A stretch of 64,000 nucleotides of DNA from Candidatus Nomurabacteria bacterium (lineage in GTDB: Bacteria > Patescibacteriota > Minisyncoccia > Phycocordibacterales > SBAW01). The stretch covers positions 130,803-194,802 of the forward strand of contig CALQZS010000001.1 in the NCBI GenBank assembly GCA_943349945.1. Reading direction: 5' to 3'. Each line of letters begins with the position of its first letter. The stretch's first letter is position 1. A model generated the notes under the pieces. The model worked only from the letters and a program-made list of their open reading frames with translations, had not been told where the DNA came from and did no database searches. Position numbers and translations under genes: made by a program. Shown here piece by piece: positions 9,759 through 18,972 of this stretch.

Positions 9759-10457
9759 TTATTGAAATGCTGATGATGTGGCCATGCTTGGGGTCGATGA
9801 CGAGACGGTAGTCTGTACTATTGGCGTCGTGGTTGCTTGTGGCTGCACCGCTGCCCCTGGCACCATATTAAGGTTTTTGCCGTAGTTAATAAGAGATGGG
9901 TCCACCGTTGCGGTTACGGTAAAGGTCACCTTGCCCTGTGGGTCGACGGCGATGTCTGAGAACACAATATCCTTGAGCGCTTTGCTTGCGGCAAACTGGT
10001 CGCTCTGTAGCGCCACAGTAGAAAAGCCCGCGGCAATACCCTCGAGCTCTACCTCAGCCGACCCGTCGTCTTGGAGTGCGTAGTTAAAGCTGGTGAATTG
10101 TAGGTTTTGGAGCGTCTGGAGCGAAAGGAAAGAGAATATAGCCGACGCTGCAACGTGGCGCTGCAACAAGGTACCCGCTTGTTTGATACGCAGGTCGATA
10201 CGCAGAAGGTTTTCTATAGCAGAGAGGTCGAAGGCTTCTTTTGTTTTTTGGAGTGAGGCGCTTTTGTCGGCGATAGATTTGACCAAGTATCCTTTGTAGG
10301 CAAAGGTAGCGCCCGCCGCAACGATGGATACTATAAATAGAAAGACACCGACCAAAAACAGTAAGCCTCCGAGCGCGCCGCTATTGCGCGCGCGAGCGCT
10401 AGTATCGAGCGACTTTTTTGGAATAAAAGATGCCGGCGTCTGCGGGTCCATGTACAC
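9759..10457 (-). CDS. PilN-like bitopic pilus assembly protein
   Basis: Short cytoplasmic N-terminus, a single TM segment (LGGLLFLVGVFLFIVSIVAAG) and a periplasmic domain; directly downstream of pilM. Confidence 0.5.
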   Translation of the reverse strand: MYMDPQTPASFIPKKSLDTSARARNSGALGGLLFLVGVFLFIVSIVAAGATFAYKGYLVKSIADKSASLQKTKEAFDLSAIENLLRIDLRIKQAGTLLQRHVAASAIFSFLSLQTLQNLQFTSFNYALQDDGSAEVELEGIAAGFSTVALQSDQFAASKALKDIVFSDIAVDPQGKVTFTVTATVDPSLINYGKNLNMVPGAAVQPQATTTPIVQTTVSSSTPSMATSSAFQ

Positions 10458-10528
10458 CTAGTATATACTCATTTTTTTGTCCACCAGTATAAAGTTGTGG
10501 CAGTGTGGGGACAAACTAAAAACAACAC

Positions 10529-11629
10529 TTACCCTATTTCTTGCAAACGACGGAGTGCCAAGCCCACTGCCACACAAAACTCTGGTCCTGCTTCTTTTAA
10601 AATCTCTTCCAAAAATGCGGGCGCCTCTGTTTTACCAAAAGGGTCTGCAAGACGGATTTCTGTTTGTATTTTGCCTTGTGCAAAAGCCTGCATACCTTTA
10701 AGCGTGGCGCCACCACCAGTCAAAATGAGCGCACTCAAAGACTGATTCATCCGCGCCTCGTATGCCGCCACCGTGCGCGAAATATCGGACAACAAAGGAG
10801 ACAGAGAAAGTTCGAGTGATTTTTGTAGCTCTGCCCAGCCGCCCGGGTCTGTAGCAGACCCACCACCAGTAAGCCCGAATTTGCGCTTGCGTTCTTCTGC
10901 TTCGGCAACAGAAATATTGAGCGCACGCGAAGCCGCAAGTGTAAGGTCTTGGCTGCCGTGGTTGATGATGTGACTCTCGTGTATAAGCCCGCGCTCGACG
11001 ACATAAAACTTGGTAGTGGCCGCACCCATGTCGACCACAGCCACCGGTGCTATGCCATGGTCGAGCGCGGCACGCACTGCACTAAAGACCTCTATCTCAA
11101 AAAATCCAGTAACCAACCCGGCGTCGCTAGATATAGTACGGAACTTGGCCAGTGTGTCGTTGTGTATAGCAACAAGCAAAACTTCTATTTTGTCGGATGG
11201 CTCGGCGCTTTTACCTCCGCCACCCACCACAAACCAGTCGAGCATTACCTCGTTAATAGGCACGGGGATGTATTTGCGCGCCTCAATAGGCACCACTTGC
11301 GCCAGCTGTTTTTCTACGGACGCAGGTAGGCGCAAAATTGAGATCAAGCTCGACGAGTATGGTATAGCGATGCCCGCGTCTGTGGTGGTTACGTTTGCCT
11401 CGCGTATGACGTCTTTAAGCGCCTCGGCGATTTTCTCAGCAGGAAGGGCAGTGGCGCGGCCAATTTCTATATCGGCATACGGCCCAAGCGCTATGGCGCC
11501 ATACGTCTCGAGTATCACCTTACCCCTATCGCGCCGCAGTTGTACAACCTTAATGGACGAGGTGCCAATGTCGACACCAAGTACACTTTTTTGCGGCTTA
11601 TTAAAGAATGTTGAAAAGGAAAATGCCAT
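10529..11629 (-). CDS. pilM: PilM actin-like ATPase of the type IV pilus
   Basis: The sequence VLGVDIGTSSIKVVQL is an actin/HSP70-fold phosphate-1 motif; 366 aa; first gene of the pilMNO block. Confidence 0.85.
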   Translation of the reverse strand: MAFSFSTFFNKPQKSVLGVDIGTSSIKVVQLRRDRGKVILETYGAIALGPYADIEIGRATALPAEKIAEALKDVIREANVTTTDAGIAIPYSSSLISILRLPASVEKQLAQVVPIEARKYIPVPINEVMLDWFVVGGGGKSAEPSDKIEVLLVAIHNDTLAKFRTISSDAGLVTGFFEIEVFSAVRAALDHGIAPVAVVDMGAATTKFYVVERGLIHESHIINHGSQDLTLAASRALNISVAEAEERKRKFGLTGGGSATDPGGWAELQKSLELSLSPLLSDISRTVAAYEARMNQSLSALILTGGGATLKGMQAFAQGKIQTEIRLADPFGKTEAPAFLEEILKEAGPEFCVAVGLALRRLQEIG

Positions 11630-11659
11630 ACTAGCTTACGTTTGTTACCATTATATACT

Positions 11660-12271
11660 ATGTGGGAATCTTTTTTATCTTCCCTACTCGACTACCTAGT
11701 ACTGCCGCGCAAAACAGACCAGATCGTGCGCACACTAACACTCGACGAGCTCTACTCGTTAGTGTTGCACTCTGAAGACCAGGGGCTGTTGCCCTACCAA
11801 GACGAGCGCGTGCGCGCCTTGGTGTGGGAGCTTAAATACTATGCAAATAAACACGCCGCAGCGCTTGCCGCCCTCGTCTTGCATGAAACCCTCATAACAA
11901 TAGCCTCAGAGGAGTTGGGCAAGCCACTACTTATCCCCGTCCCCATGCACAAGGCCCGCAGGCGCGCACGAGGCCATAACCAAACAGAGGTATTGTGTGA
12001 AGCGCTGCTCGCCCATGTGGGCGAGTTTTTTGTATACGCACCAGATGTGTTGGTGCGCCATATGCATACCGAGCAACAGCAGGGGCTGCAAAAAGATAGG
12101 CGGCTCAAAAATGTTGCGGGCTCTATGCACAGCAAGCCGCAGGTCCAAGGCCGCACGTGCGTGGTCGTAGACGACGTCACAACCACCGGTGCCACGTTTG
12201 CCGAGGCCACGCGCGCACTCAAAGAGGCCGGGGCACAGCGCGTGATATGCGTTGCTTTGGCAAAATCGTGA
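11660..12271 (+). CDS. comF: ComF-family phosphoribosyltransferase-domain protein
   Basis: C-terminal PRPP-binding motif VVVDDVTTTGATF. Divergent from pilM. The ATG at 11660 is preferred to the TTG at 11642. Confidence 0.75.
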   Translation: MWESFLSSLLDYLVLPRKTDQIVRTLTLDELYSLVLHSEDQGLLPYQDERVRALVWELKYYANKHAAALAALVLHETLITIASEELGKPLLIPVPMHKARRRARGHNQTEVLCEALLAHVGEFFVYAPDVLVRHMHTEQQQGLQKDRRLKNVAGSMHSKPQVQGRTCVVVDDVTTTGATFAEATRALKEAGAQRVICVALAKS

Positions 12272-12760
12272 CTAATTGGAAACTTGGAAGTATATATTCG
12301 ACCCGTTTGGTCCTGCAGCCGCGGCAGCAAATGCGCCTGTGCCGCCGCCCGGCGTAGGCGCGGTTATAGACAGCGTCGTAGGCGTCTCTGCTTTTTCTAA
12401 ATTGGTATAGAGCGCGCACGCGCTGCCCGACACCACATACCTGTAGTGCGTTTGCGTAGCGCTACCGATACTTGGGTCTTTGGGGACTTGTGCCAACTGT
12501 GCAGCATATTGTGGATATTTGGCCGCAAGTTCGGGCACCAAGTCTGCCAAGTCATAGTTGCCTGCACCCGCAACAGGCGTATAGCACGCCCCGGTGAGTA
12601 AACGCCCCATTTGCGACACTTCTGCTTTGCGGCGTGCATCACGTGCACCCTCGCGCGCACCACCAAGCGCCACAAACACAATCGAGGCCAAGATACCGAT
12701 AATAGCGATGACTACCAACAGCTCCACTAACGTGAATCCTTTATGAGAAATACGTTGCAT
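12272..12760 (-). CDS. Type IV pilin
   Basis: The internal start at 12760 gives MQRISHKG|[22 protein letters not shown]. The 41-aa upstream extension in the track ORF is implausible. Confidence 0.85.
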   Translation of the reverse strand: MQRISHKGFTLVELLVVIAIIGILASIVFVALGGAREGARDARRKAEVSQMGRLLTGACYTPVAGAGNYDLADLVPELAAKYPQYAAQLAQVPKDPSIGSATQTHYRYVVSGSACALYTNLEKAETPTTLSITAPTPGGGTGAFAAAAAGPNGSNIYFQVSN

Positions 12761-12865
12761 ATACATAACTATAGCTGCAAAATAGCATCTTCGTAAGAGA
12801 AGTTTGACACACACCACCCCATAGCGGACACTGGGCCTAGATGATCTTCGAAAGGAGACTTTATT

Positions 12866-13453
12866 ATGCCCAAAGGGGTACAAACAAGCCCACGCATAGA
12901 CTGGAACGACGACATTCTTGCCCGTCTGCGCCTACTATGGAGCCAAGGCCTGAGCACCGCAAAAATTGGCCGGCGCCTGGGAGTCAGCAAAAATGCCATA
13001 ATCGGCAAAGCTAAGCGGATCGGCCTGCCCGAACGCCAATCACCCATACGCCGCAGTAGCAATAAAGGAGCGCCCCGCACCCGCCAGACAAAAGCCCCCG
13101 CAACCCTGCCGCCACTGACAAGCTTGGCGCAGCCTGTCGTGCATCCAAAGCCCGCCCCCCTTGCGACAGAGCCCGAGGCGCCAGCGCCACCAGTGCTAAC
13201 GGCGGCGGAGATAGTACACGAAAATCCGCTACCTCCTCGCCCTATGTACGTGCCGCCCATCGAAAGTACACAGGCGGCCCACACCACTGAGCAACGCAGT
13301 TGTTGTTGGCCGCTGGGCGACGTGGGCACGCGGAGTTTCCGCTTTTGTGATGCACCAATAGCGACAAGGAAGCCGTATTGCAGCACACACGCCAAAGAAG
13401 CGTATGTAAAAGCACGTGACAGACGTGAGAACGCAGACGCTTTTATACAATAA
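12866..13453 (+). CDS. gcrA: GcrA-like cell-cycle regulator family protein
   Basis: N-terminal W-x-D...[34 protein letters not shown] HTH. C-terminal CCWPLGD...FC...PYCxxH block. AGGAG RBS 7 nt upstream. Confidence 0.8.
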   Translation: MPKGVQTSPRIDWNDDILARLRLLWSQGLSTAKIGRRLGVSKNAIIGKAKRIGLPERQSPIRRSSNKGAPRTRQTKAPATLPPLTSLAQPVVHPKPAPLATEPEAPAPPVLTAAEIVHENPLPPRPMYVPPIESTQAAHTTEQRSCCWPLGDVGTRSFRFCDAPIATRKPYCSTHAKEAYVKARDRRENADAFIQ

Positions 13454-13478
13454 GACCCCAACGGGTCTTATTTTTTTA
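13452..13478 (+). terminator. Rho-independent terminator after gcrA
   Basis: AAGACCC-caac-GGGTCTT followed by a T7 run. Confidence 0.8.
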
Positions 13479-13484
13479 TAGAAA

Positions 13485-14027
13485 TTAAACTTTTGAAGAC
13501 AAGAAATCTTTGAGTGCGGCGAAGGGTTTTATTTGCAAATATGTTTTTTCGTACTCAGCCTCGTTCATTTGCGCACGGGTTTGTGTGCAGCCGCTTGGAA
13601 TAAATATTTTGTCCCAGCCGTATCCTCCATCCCCCATTGGGGTTTGCGCTACCTCGCCGTCCATAGCACCTTCAAAAAGTTTGAGTGTCTCGCCGTCGTA
13701 ATATCCAAACACACACTTGGCCGTCGCTTTGCGGTTTTTGTCATTAAGCATCGAACAGATACTTTCAAACGAGAGGCGCTCGATAAAGAATTTTATAAAC
13801 GGCCCGGGCAAACCGCCCAACGCCTCAAACTCGAGCGACACGTCTTCGACAATAACGGGCGTCTTAATTTTCTCATACGCCTGCCGTACCTTGTGCCCCA
13901 CAATCTCTTTTAAATCCATCGATTGCAGCTCGTCCAAGTCGAGCTTTACATGGCTCACAGGCAACCCCAAATACCGGGCCAAGTAGTCGGCCTTTTTTTG
14001 GTTACCGGTGATGAAGGTGATTTGCAT
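13485..14027 (-). CDS. rdgB: Non-canonical purine NTP pyrophosphatase (HAM1/RdgB family)
   Basis: MQITFITGNQKK...VEDVSLEFEALGGLPGPFIKF matches HAM1 signatures. Confidence 0.85.
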   Translation of the reverse strand: MQITFITGNQKKADYLARYLGLPVSHVKLDLDELQSMDLKEIVGHKVRQAYEKIKTPVIVEDVSLEFEALGGLPGPFIKFFIERLSFESICSMLNDKNRKATAKCVFGYYDGETLKLFEGAMDGEVAQTPMGDGGYGWDKIFIPSGCTQTRAQMNEAEYEKTYLQIKPFAALKDFLSSKV

Positions 14028-14036
14028 TGTGGTAAA

Positions 14037-14474
14037 TTACATCTTCCTCGAGTCATACGCCCAATGCAACAGCGCTTGCCGCTGTTTTGGGCGACAAAAA
14101 ATATCTCCAGTTCTACAATTATTTTTGATTTGCATTATATGCCTACGCATAGCGAGCCACCTTTTTATTTGCTTCTCGTCATCATCGGTCCTACGACCCA
14201 TAAAATATCTGCAGTACCACTGAAACCACCCGCGCGGGTCTTGCGGATGTATCCAGCCTTTTGCCTGCCATACCGCAAGCGACTGACTCGCGTTTATGCC
14301 AAAGTAATTCAGCTCTTTGTGCCGCTTCCCATCGGGTGATAATTTTGCACTCTTCCACCAACCTTTTGGGAACTCCTTTGGCTTGTCAGAAAAATATAAT
14401 CCACCGAACACACCAAGCTCGAGCATCTCTTTTGGCGTCAGGTCCGGCGTAAAGCGCGGGTCGAATTTCGTCAT
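14037..14474 (-). CDS. Conserved-looking hypothetical protein
   Basis: 145-aa soluble Trp-rich ORF (GWWKSAKL, RGWFQWYCRYFMGRR); family not recognised. Confidence 0.5.
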   Translation of the reverse strand: MTKFDPRFTPDLTPKEMLELGVFGGLYFSDKPKEFPKGWWKSAKLSPDGKRHKELNYFGINASQSLAVWQAKGWIHPQDPRGWFQWYCRYFMGRRTDDDEKQIKRWLAMRRHIMQIKNNCRTGDIFCRPKQRQALLHWAYDSRKM

Positions 14475-14480
14475 AGTTTG

Positions 14481-15245
14481 TTATTTCCTCGGCAATGGGA
14501 TAAATATACTTGTTTTCCTTTTGTACTCTGCAAACTCAGGGTTCCCCTCCAGTTTCTTTTCAAGCATCGGAACGCCAGACACTTTCAAGATCAAAAAAGT
14601 TATAGTCATAGGCCCAACAATACCAAGCCAGGCGCCGGGTACAGAGAGAGCGATGAGCCACAGCCCCCACCACTGCACTACCTCGCCAAAATAATTTGGA
14701 TGACGAGTGTACGCCCACAACCCGCTTTGCATCAACTTTCCCTTGTTCTCTGGATTTTTAATAAACCGCGCAAGTTGTGCATCGCCCAAAGCTTCAAAAT
14801 AAAAACCAACAAGCCACACAGCTACGCCTAGAAAATCGAGCAGCACAAGACTCGGCCCAGCATTTTTGTTGATAAGCAGTACCGGCGAAACAATGAGGAA
14901 CAAAAACAGGCCTTGCAAAAGATACACTTGAAAATACGAACGGATATAAAACCACTTGCCCCATTCTTTCCTCCAAGCTAGATAGCGATAGTCCTCTGCT
15001 TTGCCTTTGTTGCGTCTGTGTATGTGCCACGCTAAACGCAAACCCCAAATACTTACCAACACTCCTACCAACATCCCTCGTATACCAGAATCACCGGAAA
15101 GAAAAAAGGATGCCCCTGTCATCAGTACAAACCCGAGCCCCCACGCCACATCGGCCACATCGTTTCTTTTCCTAATCAAAGAAACCACGAACCATAGGCT
15201 CATGTACACAAGCAGTATGGCGATAAGAGTTACAAAATAACTCAT
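14481..15245 (-). CDS. DUF1295 / steroid 5-alpha-reductase-like membrane protein
   Basis: Motifs ADVAWGLGF, YRYLAWRKEWG and GLWAYTRHPNYFGE. The start at 15245 (MSYFV) overlaps the upstream stop by 4 nt. Confidence 0.75.
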   Translation of the reverse strand: MSYFVTLIAILLVYMSLWFVVSLIRKRNDVADVAWGLGFVLMTGASFFLSGDSGIRGMLVGVLVSIWGLRLAWHIHRRNKGKAEDYRYLAWRKEWGKWFYIRSYFQVYLLQGLFLFLIVSPVLLINKNAGPSLVLLDFLGVAVWLVGFYFEALGDAQLARFIKNPENKGKLMQSGLWAYTRHPNYFGEVVQWWGLWLIALSVPGAWLGIVGPMTITFLILKVSGVPMLEKKLEGNPEFAEYKRKTSIFIPLPRK

Positions 15246-15640
15246 AAACCGATCTTGGTTGCGATGAAGTAGGTTACCGCAGAAACAGACGCCGCGAGCA
15301 CTGCACCCCACACTAAGTCAACGATGGTTACAAGAAGCGGCCAATCTTTGGTGACGGCAAGGTTAGTAAGGTCGTACGTTGCATAACAAACCAAACCAAA
15401 TAGCGCACCGAACAAAAGTGCGTGCGTCCATGAATTCTTCTCTATGGCCGGCATAATTACAAAAACCACAAGACCGACAACAAACAAAAGATAAAAGATA
15501 ATAGCCGCCGTCCAGTTTACATCTGGCTTTAGGAGCGGACCGATTTGTTTAGCGTAAAAACCCTTTGCAACGAGTCCAAGCCACACCATGTCGATGGCAA
15601 AGAAAACAGGGAGTGCTATTGCATAGAGTTTTATGAACAT
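15242..15640 (-). CDS. DUF2177-like small membrane protein
   Basis: 132 aa with four predicted TM segments, and AIDMVWLG and YATYDLTN motifs. Confidence 0.6.
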   Translation of the reverse strand: MFIKLYAIALPVFFAIDMVWLGLVAKGFYAKQIGPLLKPDVNWTAAIIFYLLFVVGLVVFVIMPAIEKNSWTHALLFGALFGLVCYATYDLTNLAVTKDWPLLVTIVDLVWGAVLAASVSAVTYFIATKIGL

Positions 15641-15651
15641 AAAAGATAGGA

Positions 15652-16302
15652 TTAATTAATAATTTCCACCAACACTTCATTGCGATACATCCACGGTGGA
15701 GTCCATGGTGCGCTGTATCCAGCGTATGCAGTGCTTCCCTTTGTCGCCACTCCATCACGGGCAAGTGCCGAAGCTAATTTTTCTTGCATGTCTTTTACCC
15801 GCGTATCCGAGCGATACCCCGAGAATTGCAGTACTGCATATTTCTTGGTAGGGATCATCACGATTTTCACTCTCGGATCATTTGGTGTCGGTAATGTTTC
15901 AAGGGTGTACGAGCGGGGCATACCAAAAGATATTATTTGCGAGTCACCATCAGTCGTCGCTACTACCGGTGCAGTCATAGCAATATTTTCTGATGTTTTT
16001 TCGCCTCCTACTTTTTGCGCGATGACTGGAACGGTCATCGCTATACTTTCTTTTTTTGTATTTCCGCCAAAGATATACCCAGCAACAATTCTAAAACCAT
16101 TATTCATAGATTCTCCATAAGAACCCTTTACCGTAGTCTGCGCTACGATATGTGCCGGATATTCTCGTATTTCATATCCATCTTTTATCTCAATGACAGT
16201 ATAGTCAGCTTGCTCAACACGCGAACCAAAAAATCCTGAGATAGACCAAAGCACCACAATAACAAGCAAAGCGATAAGTATAGTGCTCATATTTTTATTC
16301 AT
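15652..16302 (-). CDS. SOUL heme-binding family protein with N-terminal anchor
   Basis: YEIREYPAHIVAQT...FRIVAGYIFGGN...IAMTVPV...IAMTAPV pattern typical of SOUL/HBP. Confidence 0.75.
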   Translation of the reverse strand: MNKNMSTILIALLVIVVLWSISGFFGSRVEQADYTVIEIKDGYEIREYPAHIVAQTTVKGSYGESMNNGFRIVAGYIFGGNTKKESIAMTVPVIAQKVGGEKTSENIAMTAPVVATTDGDSQIISFGMPRSYTLETLPTPNDPRVKIVMIPTKKYAVLQFSGYRSDTRVKDMQEKLASALARDGVATKGSTAYAGYSAPWTPPWMYRNEVLVEIIN

Positions 16303-16393
16303 ATAGCTTTAGTATATAATAGTATATACTAAACTATAATAATATTAGTTTAGTATATGCATTAACAATATTTAATCAATTTAAAATAAATAT

Positions 16394-16795
16394 ATGCAAA
16401 ATATCGTAGAAACAGCTGTCGCAGCAGGATCATTTAAAACACTGGTCACTGCAGTGCAAGCGGCAGGATTAGTAGACACTCTATCTGGTGCAGGTCCCTT
16501 CACTGTATTTGCTCCAACTGATGAGGCTTTCGCCAAAATTCCAAAAGAGACTCTCGACGCAGTCCTTGCGGATAAAGCAAAGCTAACATCTATACTTACG
16601 TACCATGTGGTGGCAGGAAAAGTAATGGCTTCTGATGTAATGGGCCTGACTTCTGCAAAGACAGTACAAGGTGATGAAGTTAAAATAGAAACTGCAGATG
16701 GAGTTATGGTAAACGACGCCAAAGTAGTACAAACAGACATAGAATGCACAAACGGAGTAATCCATGTCATCGATTCAGTCTTGATGCCAAAATAA
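16394..16795 (+). CDS. Fasciclin (FAS1) domain protein
   Basis: Motifs [17 protein letters not shown] and [13 protein letters not shown]. Confidence 0.9.
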   Translation: MQNIVETAVAAGSFKTLVTAVQAAGLVDTLSGAGPFTVFAPTDEAFAKIPKETLDAVLADKAKLTSILTYHVVAGKVMASDVMGLTSAKTVQGDEVKIETADGVMVNDAKVVQTDIECTNGVIHVIDSVLMPK

Positions 16796-16813
16796 ATACA
16801 TCCGAAATAAAAA

Positions 16814-16850
16814 TAAAAAACTCTAACTTTTGTTAGAGTTTTTTATTTTT
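16814..16850. terminator. Bidirectional terminator between the convergent fasciclin and PCD genes
   Basis: A-run, then CTCTAAC-tttt-GTTAGAG, then a T-run. Confidence 0.8.
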
Positions 16851-16855
16851 ATTGA

Positions 16856-17245
16856 TTAGGCGTCTATTTTTGCCGCAAGAATAAAATCATTTTGAGAGAG
16901 TCCGTTAATTGCATGGGTGGACAGCGTGAGCTCTACAAATTTGTAGTTTTTCAGATATATGTCCGGATGATGCCCCTCTGATTCAGCCAAAACGCCAACC
17001 TTATTTACAAAAACAAGAGCTTCATTGAAGTCCTTAAAACTATATCGCTTGGCGATACTTTTAGCATCAAGCGAAATATCCCAGCCGGGAATTTGCTTGC
17101 ATAATATATCTGCCTCTATCTTTGAAAAAGGAATGACACCACCATCGCATGCCATGCATTTTTGTTGAGTCAGTGGCGAGTTAGTTTTAGGAGTAGGGGC
17201 CTGACTCTGTATAGTTGTATGTTCCATATGCTTGTAGTATAGCAA
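16856..17245 (-). CDS. Pterin-4-alpha-carbinolamine dehydratase (PCD/DCoH) with N-terminal extension
   Basis: The C-terminal ESEGHHPDIYLKNYKFVELTLSTH is the PCD signature. Confidence 0.8.
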   Translation of the reverse strand: MLYYKHMEHTTIQSQAPTPKTNSPLTQQKCMACDGGVIPFSKIEADILCKQIPGWDISLDAKSIAKRYSFKDFNEALVFVNKVGVLAESEGHHPDIYLKNYKFVELTLSTHAINGLSQNDFILAAKIDA

Positions 17246-17268
17246 AATTAAGAATGGCTACAAATTTT

Positions 17269-18939
17269 TTATTTCGTATCAATATGATTCCACGCAAAAC
17301 CCTTGTCTCCATACACTTTTTTACCTGGGTTTAAAATAGCAAGCGGGTCAAAAATATCTTTTGTCTTTTCAAAGAGACGTACGATCTCAGGGGTAAACAT
17401 CTGCGAAAGGTACGAGGTACGTAAAAGTCCGTCATTATGTTCTCCAGACATAGAACCTCCATACTGAAATACGAGAGTATAGACTTCATCCATGAGTGTA
17501 TGGAGAGTCTCAACTATTCCTTCTTTATGAATGTCAATAAGCGGAATAATATGAAAGTTTGCATCTCCCATATGTCCGGCCACAGTATAAATAAGATCAT
17601 ATTTCGAAAAAATAATTTCAAGTTTGGGAAGAAACTCCGGGAGATCTTTTGTGTGTACGACAATATCATCAATTGTGGGTGCCGTTCGATACCCTCGCAA
17701 CTTCTGGCGAAGCAGGTTGAAGCTTTCGCGCCTGAATGTCCAATACTTTTTTGCTTCTTGTTCCGAGTGCGTCAATGTAATAGGAAATCCGAATACCTTC
17801 ATCTCGTTATATGCTGACTGTACCTGCTCTGCAACTTCTTCTTCAGTATCCCCTGCAAATTCTGCCATGAGAATTATCTTTGGAACTCCGCCAGTGATTG
17901 CCATCCAAAACTCAGGCAAAAATTGGAACCCGAGCGTCAACATAGTACCCCCCATGCTTTTTGCAATTGAACCAAAGAATTTAATCGCTATTTTAAACGT
18001 ATGATCATCATAAGATTCGATGGTTTCAGGTGTATGTTTTAAAAGTCTTGGAATTATTTCTCCTAGTTGCGTTGTGGCTGGCAAAAACATAACGAGCATT
18101 CTGGAATGTTTTTTGGGGACAATTCCACTCAATGTCGCTTCAGTCACACAGGCAAGGGTTCCCTGACTGCCCACAACGAGCTTTGATAGGTCAAATACTC
18201 CTGATTCTTTATCGTAGACATTCCAAAGATAGTACCCTGAAGAATTTTTTGTTACTGTCGGTTTTGCTTGTTGCAGTACATCATAGTTGTCCTTTACAAG
18301 GGCAAATATCTCTCGATGAATGCGCCCGCTTTCAGTTTGTTCTTCGCATTTTGCGATAAGTTTCTCTGCATGAAGTGGTTCTAGAACATCTTCTTCTCCA
18401 TTTGCAAATACAACACGAAGCGAGCGAACATACTTTTCCGTCTTTCCATAGGTAAGTGTCTTTTCACCTCCTGAGTTATTAGAGACAATACCTCCAATCG
18501 CAGCCAAATCACGAGACGCCGGATAGCTTGGCAAAAGCCAGCCGTGCGCAAGAGTCTTTTTCTCAAAATCACTATAGTATACCCCCGGCTCTGTTATGGC
18601 TTCTGTGTCGGTGACAGAAAATACATGATTCATGTATCTCATTGTGTCTACGACGATGGATTCCGAAAGTGGGCCACCGGTCATACAGGTACCGGCGGCA
18701 CGCATGGTGAGGGATAACGGTACACCCTGATCTATATCTTTAGTTTTTTTTGCATGCACATAAGCAACAAGTTTTGCAATGTCTTCTTTACTTTTTGGGT
18801 AGACAACAATGCGGGGTTTTACATAAAAAAGGCTTGTGTCTCGCGCAGCTTTTTCTCGATCACTGTCTAAGATAGAAATATCTCCTTTGATTATTGTACG
18901 CAAATCACCAGCGACATCCGTATAAAAAATTTCATTCAT
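17269..18939 (-). CDS. FAD-linked oxidase (GlcD-like FAD-binding dehydrogenase)
   Basis: 556 aa with an N-terminal FAD-binding PCMH-type region (RAAGTCMTGG, IVSNNSGGEK). Confidence 0.75.
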   Translation of the reverse strand: MNEIFYTDVAGDLRTIIKGDISILDSDREKAARDTSLFYVKPRIVVYPKSKEDIAKLVAYVHAKKTKDIDQGVPLSLTMRAAGTCMTGGPLSESIVVDTMRYMNHVFSVTDTEAITEPGVYYSDFEKKTLAHGWLLPSYPASRDLAAIGGIVSNNSGGEKTLTYGKTEKYVRSLRVVFANGEEDVLEPLHAEKLIAKCEEQTESGRIHREIFALVKDNYDVLQQAKPTVTKNSSGYYLWNVYDKESGVFDLSKLVVGSQGTLACVTEATLSGIVPKKHSRMLVMFLPATTQLGEIIPRLLKHTPETIESYDDHTFKIAIKFFGSIAKSMGGTMLTLGFQFLPEFWMAITGGVPKIILMAEFAGDTEEEVAEQVQSAYNEMKVFGFPITLTHSEQEAKKYWTFRRESFNLLRQKLRGYRTAPTIDDIVVHTKDLPEFLPKLEIIFSKYDLIYTVAGHMGDANFHIIPLIDIHKEGIVETLHTLMDEVYTLVFQYGGSMSGEHNDGLLRTSYLSQMFTPEIVRLFEKTKDIFDPLAILNPGKKVYGDKGFAWNHIDTK

Positions 18940-18972
18940 ACATTTATTATAACATTATCGGACTCATTTTAC

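Noticed and set aside
12769-13461. Long antisense ORFs opposite GC-rich genes: 12769..13461(-), 25702..26535(-), 30143..30877(+), 30229..31230(+), 32879..33775(+), 39385..40368(+), 52735..53589(+) and 61178..62011(+).
   Set aside because: They are shadow ORFs of confidently identified genes on the other strand.

Their translations are low-complexity (Arg/Ser/Ala/Cys-rich) and lack RBSs.
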